A stretch of 64,000 nucleotides of DNA, from the NCBI RefSeq assembly GCF_009914755.1, contig NC_060938.1; one strand, 5' to 3'. Below the pieces are notes generated by a model, which ran no database searches, was not told the DNA's origin, and saw only the letters and a program-made list of their open reading frames with translations. Positions 1 to 11,321 of this stretch are shown here, in pieces; the stretch's first letter is position 1, and every line of letters begins with the position of its first letter. Source of the DNA: the human T2T-CHM13v2.0 reference genome, Homo sapiens. The position numbers and the translations under genes were made by a program.

Positions 1-2118
1 GTAGAAACTAATGTTGCTCCTGGATAATATGGAATTATTAGAAATTTACTGAAATTAAGGTCTATAGATAAATGTTTCTATTCACTCCTTGAAAAACTTA
101 ATTATATAATAATTTGATGGTGTTCTATTAAAGATCTATAAACAGGTTACCATCAAAGAGGTTTTATTTTGTTTTGTTTTGAGAATAAGGCTCACCTGAG
201 AACTGACCCATTGCTTTGCACAAAAGAAATGACATTTTAGCCATAATATCATAAGATAGGTACTTTACTATCTTATGTCAAGTACTCTTTGGGAGTAAGT
301 TAAACACACAGTAAAAGTTTATTAACTTTTTCAGATCAGTTGAAATACCACTTAAGACACAAGTGAGGAATGTGGAATCGTTAATTTCCTTCTGGTAGAA
401 GCATATACAACAATTTCAGTTACTGTTAACTTGACAAAGCCACATCTTCTGATACACAATGTATCATGATGCCATTCAATAGTATGTAAGATTAAAGTAG
501 TTAGAGATTACTTTCAGTGCCAGTCTTGAAAATAATTATCCAATGGGCTTTTTTATTTTAGGCGTTTGCTAAATCCCTTCTCTGCCCTGATTCTCTTTCT
601 AAAAAGTTTACTTTTCACATTTGCAAAGTCTAATTATCCTTCACTGCCCAGTTATTTATTTCGTGTAAGGAATAGATGAGGTCACATGTGGTCGTAGTTT
701 GCGAAATCAAAAGCAGCACTCAGAGTGAAATATGTTTTCAGTACTATTAATGTAGTAATGCTCTAATTCCAACTAAATATTTTTAATTAACATCAATTGC
801 CTAATTCCTCAATAGGTGTTGATTTGCAGAAGCATACTACTTTTTCTCTTCTTAGATTTTTCAGCATAGTATTAAAAATATTGAACATACAAAAGCTTGC
901 AAGACTTAAAGAAATGAATCTTCAAAGACTTTCTGGGATTATGAAGGTTGTGATCAAAGATAAGGATGCTCTGAAATCATGCAACATTAGCAAGGTTAAC
1001 ATATGTACTATAAGTTACTGATGAACTTAGTATTTTCCAGTATTTTTAAAAATCAATTGCCTACTTATGTTTCTAATAAAGTTTGATTAAATATCTTTCA
1101 TTTCTCATAGACATTTAAAATTCCATATTTAATCATATGAGATTTATTTTGTTTGACTAACACCATTGAAAATAATTTAATGTGATTTAATATATTTTTA
1201 ATATGATCATTTTTACAATATTTAAACCAAATGCTTGAACACTTGTTCTTAAAAATGATAGAAAGGTGAGTATCTGGCCTGAGATTTTGCCCTTCAAAAA
1301 GTCTATATTTTGAGAGATTAACAAAAGACTGGCTTATCAAGAAGGTCAAAATTTTTTTGTATTTGTTTATAAACATATGAAGAAATTTTTGCTTAAAGTA
1401 ATTGCAGTGTGAAGTGACTGAAAAGTAAGTCTACAGAAAAGGTGGGAATGATATTACCTATCATGATGTCTGAAACATAATTGTTGCTTAGATGAATGAA
1501 TGAGTAAATGAATAGGTAAATATGGCCATGGAGTAAGGTGTGGAAATAAGAATTTTCATTTGTTAGTACAATACAGATTTGTTATCTAAATATTATATTA
1601 CCATAAGCAACAAATTCTCTGTCCTTTTCTTGTTTTGCTTTCTGTCATTTATTATTTTATTCCTCATTTAAACAGTCATATATATGTGATCTGAAGCATC
1701 TGGTTTGCTGTTTGTTGTTTCTGACTATATGAAGATTATATATACATATATATTATTTTTGCTTCCTCGTTCTTATTTTTCTTTTATTTTTGTCATTTTG
1801 CATTATAGTTTCAGCTTGTTCAATGTGAGAACAAACAAAATAATGTGTTTCCTGTTATGCATGTATTAACGATGTTTACTTCAAACTTTTTTTAAAATTG
1901 TGTTCCTGCATTATTTTTGTCCCTTTTGAATAATTGTCCCCCAATTGAAAATATAAAATTATTATTACAGTAGTGTCATAAAGGGATAATGAAGCATCTA
2001 ACGTAGCCCCAAATTTTAAGAAGCAGTATATTTTAGTTTGATGGATATTATTTATGTTAGTCTACAAATATATAAATACATAAAAAGATTAAATACAGCA
2101 ATTTAAAGTAGACACAGT

Positions 2119-2472
<354 letters not shown>

Positions 2473-3586
2473 TTATTTCCCCTTTTTTTTTTTTCCTAAC
2501 CATTAAAGGAGTCAGTGGGGGTCTCTGTAAGTTGTTTCATGCTTTAAAACAGTGGGTTTTTACCTGCTTTGTAGATATATTTTACTTAAAATTTTGGAAT
2601 AGAAGTTTTGAACCATTCTAAGAAATCTCTAAACATAACAAGTCTAATCTTTGAAAGATGCATACTTTCTCCACAAATTTATAAACAATTAAAAAACATA
2701 AATGTGATCCATTTGTCTCCAGACATCTTTTTCTTTTAGTTTTGTAATGTATTTTCTCTTCAATTTAAACTACTTGCATCCAATAAATTTTATTATTTTA
2801 TTTGCTTGTATTTTTGAAAAGAAAATATATCATTTATAAAGCTAAAAACTTTAAAAGTTGCCCTAAAATTTACACTATTTGCCTTTTAGCTCTTAAATTT
2901 AAGTTTTTCTCTTTCATTATAGCAATAAATATAAGATTTTTTAAAATTCCAATAGTTTAAAAATCCATAAATATAAAGTATCATCTTTTGGGTAGAATTG
3001 TGAAGCAAATTAGACATTTCTTAAGAAGACAGCAAATGCAAGTCATTGTCTTCTCAGCATAGTTGATTTCCAATTGGATTTTATCATGCTAAGAAAACTG
3101 TTCATTTACATTAGACAGAATGAAGACTATCTACGATCTTTCCTTGTTCAGCCTTCCCTTGTTTCAAGAACAGTCCAGTGATTAACAATGTATGCTTCTG
3201 TGTGAGTGTGAAGTGTTTTGAGGAAAGGACTTCTGCACAGAGGTGGATTGTATGTGAAAAGGATATTTTTCTTATCCTTTTATGTTGCTAATAATAACAC
3301 TGTACCTTACAATGTTAGTGATATTTAAGTAAATTTATATACAAGAAATATGTCATTTTTGAAATGGCATTCAGAAAAGAATAATCAAAATTAATATTTG
3401 AATTTTTACTTTCAAAAGACAGATTGCCCAGTCTTTTTCTTCCCATGCTAGATAAATATACGCTGGGATTATTAATAAAATTAGTTTGTTCACATCTTTA
3501 TTATTTGTTTATTTATTATTATGTTTTTCCACAGAAACAATCAATTCATGTAGCAGGGTACAGAAGGCCACTTAAAAAGAGTGGTA

Positions 3587-3953
<367 letters not shown>

Positions 3954-5692
3954 CTAAAAATGTGGTGTTATCTTGAAGAGGGATATAGAAAGTAACAATT
4001 TATAACCAGGAGTATATTTAAGTAGTAAATTACCTCACTAAGGTACTGTTAATGCATTGGGGATTTCATCAAATTACACAAACAGTGAATATAACAAAAT
4101 AATCACTGATTACTCTGGTAAGTGTAATGGTACACTTAGAATGATTGTCTTCTGATTATGTTCAGCACTTTCAAAGTCAAAATTTAGGATCTAAAGTTAA
4201 CATTGAATAAATATATACATCACATACATTTGTATAAATATATATGTGCTCAACAAATATCTGCCTATATATGTATTATATAGACATATAAATATTTATA
4301 CTCATAACATTAACCAGCTAAAATCATAATTTTGTGTCCTGCAATATAGATTAATTTTAATTACTATGAAAACATAGATTTAAATGGACTGGCTGTCAGA
4401 GAACTCCCAGAAAAACTGTAAAAATTATAACTGTTACTTATCAGATAACAATAGAATATAAAGTACAAATTTAATTTTCTGCATTTTTTAATTATAACCA
4501 TCTCTACAACCTAATTTCATCCATTTCAAACTTGGTGACTGTTATGTTCATGATGTCTGAAAACAAAAACAAAATATTTTCAAATTCATTAAGGAATAAG
4601 CCATGACGGCCCTTTCATTTAATGTACTTGTGCTTGGAAGTGGTTGAACATATAACCTTACCTGACACATAGGCTATGTACATATTATGTTTCTGCTCTA
4701 GAATATGTCTAATAAATAAATATTTGAGTAAAATCAAGGAGCTTATGAAATATACCGTGTTGGCTATTGGCTCTACCATAATACAATTTTGTATTCTTTT
4801 TTTCATCTATAATGTGAACATCTCCTATTATTGATTTTATGTAAAATCTAATCTCCAAAGACCATTGTATATTTACATGAATATTTGTGCTGAAAGTTTT
4901 GTAAAAAACAATTTGTCTCAATCTCGTGACACTCACCTGTGAATCCTAAGAAGGACTTATCCTTTACTCCTAGTTTTCTATCATGTGTCACTTCTCAATG
5001 ATTAAACGTATTTGCTTAAAAGGAAGGCATTTTGGAAAAAAATAGAATGTGTGCTGCACAGGTTTATGTAATGGTATTAAACTTTTATAGGCAATTGGAA
5101 CCTACATATAAACATTTAAAGGAAGGTTGTTCGTATTTAGAATGTTAGTGTCTTACATAGGGACAAACAGGTACTTGTTAAAATATTAGCTATTATTTGG
5201 GGAGTAGGTATTGAATGATGGTTAATATTTTAAGTGATTCTTTTGTACTCCATATGGTGAACATAGTTAAACTATATTTTCTGCTTTGAATTCTTTTTTC
5301 CTTGATGTAATTTTGCATATTATTCTGATGAATCTATATAGATGAAATGTCAACTGTGAGTAAGAAAATGAACAGAAACTCGATTATCTTATTGAACTCT
5401 GTCACGAATACCAAATGCATATTGAAAATTACTCATTTTAGTTATTAGAATAACATTTTAGAATATTATGTTTTTAAGCATTAGGAATAAGAAAGTAGAC
5501 ATAGAGAACTGAAATATTATAAAAGTCAATTGCAATTAACCCATGAACTGGTAAGTTTTTTAAAAAAAATCTTTAGATAAATCTTTGTTAATTCTTGATA
5601 TGAAGTATTACCAAGATTTCAGTAAGAGGTTTTTTGAATCTATTTCTTTTAAAAAAATGAATTGTTTATGACACTGAACATTTTATTCCCAG

Positions 5693-5736
5693 ATGCTTTG
5701 CTGACTAATGTTGACCAGATTGTCCAGGAAACACAG
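5693..5736 (+). CDS. LRFN5: LRFN5 (SALM5) penultimate coding exon, 44 nt, encodes (N)ALLTNVDQIVQETQ
   Basis: Acceptor TTTTATTCCCAG (AG 5691-5692) and donor CAG|GTGAGA. The phase-1 reading is open and joins the next exon to give ...ALLTNVDQIVQETQRLELI*, matching my recollection of the human LRFN5 C-terminus. Confidence 0.88.
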
Positions 5737-6769
5737 GTGAGATTCTTATTACCTATAACTTACTTCAACACTTAAATGGGTATACACTTTTTATAAATTA
5801 ACTTTAAGTAATTAGTTTGCTAATTTATGTAGCTTGTTGAAATTTTCTTTTAAAATTTACTTATAATTCTCAACAGTGAAGATTGAAGTTTAGTTTGATT
5901 AAGTGAATTCACAGTTTCTAAATTTAGAGATATTTGGGGTTAACTAAACATCTCTGCTTTGTCCTGTAAGAAATGAAGTTAATAATAGTGATGCATGCAA
6001 CTTTGGAGTCACTCTTGTAGTCATACATGATACAATGTGCATTTTTACAAATATTTCCAAATGTGAAGACAGTACCTTGATAAGAATGTATTTACTCCTA
6101 TCCTTGACCTCCACATCCTAATTAGAGCTGAGATGACACATTATGCCTCTTTGAAAACAGATGAACAGAAGTGTTTCACTGTTATCTAAAATGAATGAAG
6201 CCTCTTTAAAATGGAGCAAAAGACTACATATGAAATATTCATGGTATTACTTTTGTCAGCAACCAATTATTCTTCTTGAGTGGTTTTTTTAGGGGGGATG
6301 TTTGAAATGAGTATTTGATTCTTGAATTTTAATTGGATCAGAGAGTGTGTTTCCAGAGCAGAGAAGCACTTTAGCAATCTGTTCAAACAGCTGGAAGCAT
6401 CAGCCATTTGCTTGAGGTTTGGCACACACACAAAAATTCTGCTTTTAACAGTTCTAAAAAAGGCCATTGATTTATTTGCTGGTAGTAAAAATAGGGTCTT
6501 GGTTTTTAACATTTTATATTTAAAAGAAAAACAACTTTGTCAATCTTTCAGGATCTTCCCTAATGAATTCTATCCACAAATCAAAATGTTTTCATGCATC
6601 ATTTCTTTACTGAATTTAGAATCCCATTCTTATGTTGCAAAAAACAGCAGATGGCTCATTGGAAATACTGAAACAATCAATAGCACAATGTCTGGCACAT
6701 GTTTGTGTTCTATTGTATGCAGTGAATTGACCTGCATGAAGGTGTCTTGTTTCTCCATCACCCCTTTTG

Positions 6770-6880
6770 TTCTCTCTCTCAATTTTAACATTTCTTCTTA
6801 TTTCTCTTTCCATCTCTCTCTCTCTACCCATCACTCTCTCTCCCTCTTTGCCTCTCCTTCTCTTTCTCTCTTTCATTTTT
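6770..6880. repeat. CT-rich low-complexity polypyrimidine stretch
   Basis: Imperfect (CT)n/(CTTT)n run. It accounts for the S/L/F-rich and R/E-rich spurious ORFs here. Confidence 0.8.
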
Positions 6881-7650
6881 AAAGTTCATTTATCATGTAA
6901 CTTTAATAAATCATATCCAGCCAACCTGAAATTTAGGATAGGATACCTTTATATAATAATTAGGAAACAGATGATTAATCTATAAGGAACACAAGCCAAA
7001 ATGGTACTAAATGTTGTTTCAAAATTTGGAAGCAGGCGAGTAAATGTCTACGTAAGTTTTCAATTATCAATTTAAAGAATTTTTGAAAGATTCACATTTG
7101 AAATGGAATATTGTATATTATTTTGCTTATGTATTTATTTTAGTATATTATTATAAATGGAATTTAGACTTTCTTTGGAAGTCTTTGTACTAAGAGATAT
7201 AGCACAAAATTTTGCAAATGTGATACATATATAAGGCTTTGAATAATAACTTTTTATCTTAAAGTAATTAGTATTACAAAAAATAAGAAAATATCATTAA
7301 AAATAAATGACTGTCATATATTATAGAAAACTTCCCTTCATACTTAAGCTACCTTGTTCCTCTTTCTATAAATATTAGCAAGTAAAACAAATCCAAAGAC
7401 AAATAATAGTTTTAACAAAATTCAGTGGCCATACATCACTCACTTATTAGCCAGCTCCTTGCTACCTTTCTATTATCAGATTTAAGTTACTGTATGACCC
7501 CAAGGTAACTATTCTTGATTCTCGGTAAATGATTTGTGCTATAGCAGGCCTATGTCTACCACTGTGAGAAGACCAAACAGTGATGCCCCTACTGAAGACA
7601 GTGTGTGACCTGTGTGTTCTTAGCTTTGTCATAGCCTTTCACATTGTCAG

Positions 7651-7740
7651 TGTGTGAATGAACAGAGGTGGAGAGCGGGCAGAGACCCTTTGTGATTGCA
7701 ACTCTTCAGCTCCGAGTTTTCCGTAGCCAGTCATACTGAG
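7651..7740 (+). other. Candidate 90-nt alternative cassette exon in the last LRFN5 intron (in-frame stop at 7693-7695)
   Basis: CTTTCACATTGTCAG| acceptor, GAG|GTACCT donor, length a multiple of 3, locally raised GC with retained CpGs. No transcript evidence is visible from sequence. Confidence 0.45.
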
Positions 7741-8206
7741 GTACCTGTTAAGGTGAATTTTTTTCTAAGCATAGAGAGTTAAAACACTTATTTCATTTCC
7801 ATTATTCAGAATATGCCCCATGCCAATTTTCTTTTTTAGAAGCCTTTAGGAATGTATATAAAAGTTGAGTGGCCTTGAAATATTTTAATATCTAATATAT
7901 AATACAATTCTTTTATAATATAATCATAAAATTTTAATCACACTAAAATGAATTGAGAGGAAAGGGGAAAGGAATTACGTATAAAATTAATGCTGATAAC
8001 TCTACGTGGAAATTGACACTTACCTATAAATTTTCCTTGTGTTTGGCCAAGATTTTTATCTTTACAAGGAACACAGTAAAACAATAGTTATGCTGTTCGG
8101 CAGTTAAGTAAGAAATAGTTGAGTAGTTTCCATTTATACTGAAAATGCCTTAAATAAAATTTCTTAAGAACTGTTTGCTGTTTTCTGACCAATAAAATAT
8201 GTATGC

Positions 8207-8208
<2 letters not shown>

Positions 8209-8239
<31 letters not shown>
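8209..8239. repeat. (TG)15 microsatellite
   Basis: Perfect TG run. Confidence 0.97.
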
Positions 8240-8241
<2 letters not shown>

Positions 8242-10872
8242 CTTTGCACAAGAGCTATAGCTTATTCTGTGATTGCTTGCACAGGCCTTTAAGATAATTG
8301 CTTCTTGATTTTAATAAATTTAACTTGCGATTAGTCCACATTTAATAACAAGCAAAAGTGTAAACTTTGCAATAAAATCTCTGTTACAGATGAGTACAAT
8401 TTTTTAGATAATTAATATACAAATTAAAAGCTAATATTGATTATGAATACATAACAACACTGATAAAACTATGGGAAAACACAGGGTTAGGAAAATACAT
8501 GAAATAAGAGCCAAAGAGAAAAGCAAATTTTATACACATGATGCAAATATGCTTCCAATTTGTTTCCAGGTGAGTGTGATCAATGTAAAATATTTGCTTC
8601 TGCAGGAGGAGGTTCCTATGATATTCTTTTCAAGTAAATTTTCTGAAATAAGAGTAATAGAATAAACACATATGTAGGAAACATTTGGCTGTTTTTATAA
8701 TAATTAAAGCATGTTTTTAACATATATATTTGAACATTATAACAAATTTTAAAAAAGGAGAGCCTTTGGGTCAGCAATGACCTTTAGAAATCATCTCCTT
8801 GCTTAGACATCCTAGCTATAAAAGATCAAAATATTTCACAGTTCTTAATTACATTGAGAATAGGGACAGTAATAAATCTTTTCCCACAATTCATTCAATG
8901 TCAGGATTTTTTTTCTTCTCTTAATGTTCAGGGAGCTTGCATTTCTTATTTATCTTTTAGTACTGTTAATAAGACTGTCCACAGATTTTTGCATGATATC
9001 CACTCACTCTTAAATGAGGACAATAACCAAAACATCCTAAACCTACTACAACTTGATTATTTTTAGTTTTTGTAACATTTTTACCATATTTAGTCTGTAT
9101 TATTTGTATTGTTTGATACTCTTGTAATTTTGTGTTTTATGTTTAGGTATTTATGGAATTACTATAGGAGCTATCTATTGATAAGTAAATTAAAAAGTGT
9201 CATTTTGGATATTCTATTAAATGCCAGTTTTTATTTGGCTTCATATTATTTAATAATTTTAATATTGCTACATCTTCAGAGCAGACAAACTTCTTAGTTC
9301 ACAAAATTTTTATTTCCTACTGTTCAAATATAAACCATAATTTTACAGTTTGTTAATATGATTAGTTAATGTGAAACTCTAGTAAATCTTTAAGATATGT
9401 CAGCTTACAAAATCATTAACTTGATACTAAATTAAAGTTTGCTATCCTGGAACCATTTATTACTTAAAAACTTAAACTAGTTATTTTGTCCACTGTCATT
9501 TTCCTTCTAGGTGTACTGCAACTTTTACTTTTACTACTTTTTGTAACTTGACCTTTGATATAGTATCATAACACCTTTTTTGTGTCAAAGGGAGTATATC
9601 ACTTGAAATATAAAAAGAGAAAACATGTTGATTTTCAATTTTACCAATATGAGCTCTGCAATGAACCAAATAAAGAAGAATTTAGTAATATATACCATTA
9701 CATTTTTACAGTGATTTTGCAATGTTTTTCTTAGTATATTCCAGGTAAATTATGATAATAATATCTATATTTCAGTAGCTTTTTAAAAAGTAATTCTTTT
9801 TTTACAAATAAGATACACACTGGTCCCTTAACAGTCTTCACATATATGGTGTATTTCTTATTAGCTTTCCAAAATTATTATTTTTGCTAAAATCAATTTC
9901 ACTATTCAGATTATCAATTATTTTGAAATGTTTTCTTAAATAAAATATCTTTACAGCATTTTACCTAACTTCACATAAAGTTACCAAAAATAACCTTTAA
10001 TATACTTTAATAACTTTATCACATAAAATTATCTAAAGATATTCTACATCAACATTTTAATATAGAATACTAAATAAATGAATCTCTATTTCATGATTCA
10101 TTCATGCCATGCATTTTATAATTCCCAAATAAAAAATTGTTAAGATGCAGTTGTTTTTTAATGGAAAAGAGAAAATTACTTGTACTCATGTATATGAAAG
10201 CATATATTTCTCAAAAAATTATTTTCCATTTTCATCAAGAATAGACTTCATTAGACATATCTTAAATCCATGAAGACTGAGAACACATATTAGAGGAAAA
10301 ATATTTTCACAGTTTTATGTTTAAATATTTTTATAAAATGGCTTTTACATTATTTTCTTTCAAAATCATGTTTAATTCAAACATGGAATGCCTGTAAGAG
10401 TTATTGTAAGTTTTCCATTTATTTTGTTTTGTGGGTGAAAAACTGATTAGTTAAGGTGAATAATTTACTACCATTAAATGTATTATTAAATATTTGTAAA
10501 ATTTTAATATCATACACATTTTCTAGCAGAATTTTTAAAATTTGTAAGTAGCATGCTTTAATAACTGCAATTATTATTTGTTTATCTTACCTTGAAATTA
10601 TATATGTGAAAAACAAAGCAATAGAAAATGCCATTTTACAATGTAGCTTTGACTTTACATAATTATCTAGGCTTCATATACTTAGATTAAAAAAATAAGA
10701 TACTTTTATATATTCACCAATTGAAGTTACTAAGAAGCATTTTATATGTTTATATGCATGTTTAGATAGTTTTCATGGGTGTGTGCTGTATTTCATGGCA
10801 AGCAACTCCTCCTTGGGTGCTTACATTTAGTTACTTTTAGATTGCTAGCACAATGATCTTATTAGCTATGTG

Positions 10873-10929
10873 TTTTCTTTCTTTCTTCCTTTCTTTCTTT
10901 TTTTCCTTTTTCTTTTTCTTTCATTTCAG
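10873..10929 (+). promoter_or_regulatory. LRFN5: Long polypyrimidine tract and 3' splice site of the LRFN5 last exon
   Basis: About 50 nt of pure pyrimidines followed by ATTTCAG (AG 10928-10929). Confidence 0.85.
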
Positions 10930-10947
10930 AGGCTGGAGTTAATCTGA
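10930..10947 (+). CDS. LRFN5: LRFN5 last exon coding part, RLELI-stop
   Basis: AGG CTG GAG TTA ATC TGA immediately after the acceptor, phase 0, compatible with the 44-nt exon. Confidence 0.88.
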   Translation, partial: RLELI

Positions 10948-11321
10948 AGAGCACCACTTCTCCTCTCTCTCCTGAAAAAATTTGCCACTGATATTTTTAC
11001 TGGATAAAATTCAAAAATGTTTCAATTCACAAAGGCTAATTGTTGAACTGGTGTCGTAGAAGAAATTGTCTACAGGAGCCAAGGTGAAAGTCTCTGATGA
11101 CGGCGGAACTGGCTCCATTAGACCATGGTTCATCCTCTTTTAAAACCAAATTTTTTTTTCTTCTGGCCTACAAGTATTTTTTTTTTAAAAAAGAAAAAAA
11201 GCCTACATTGGCATCAAGTTCTGTATCAATCCATCTTACATTGCCATCCATGATTTAACAGACTGTAGAATCTTGAATAATCTATATCACTTTAACAAAT
11301 AAATGTTTTACTATGACAGAA
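10948..11321 (+). other. LRFN5: LRFN5 3'UTR (end approximate)
   Basis: Non-repetitive sequence with U-rich tracts between the stop codon and AATAAA. Confidence 0.75.
11298..11303 (+). terminator. LRFN5: Polyadenylation signal AATAAA of LRFN5
   Basis: First canonical AATAAA after the stop, with upstream TGTA elements and a T/GT-rich sequence downstream. Confidence 0.75.

Noticed and set aside
6322-6882. 186-aa ORF on + strand as a novel gene or alternative LRFN5 exon
   Set aside because: It starts at TTG, has no clear splice acceptor or recognisable domain, and its C-terminal third is translated CT-repeat.
11075-11116. Hammerhead ribozyme, SECIS or C/D-box motif suggested by CTGATGA and GAAA in the 3'UTR
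   Set aside because: The order and spacing are wrong: no stem II, GAAC instead of GAAA after CTGATGA, no NUH cleavage triplet, and SECIS helix II would be too short.
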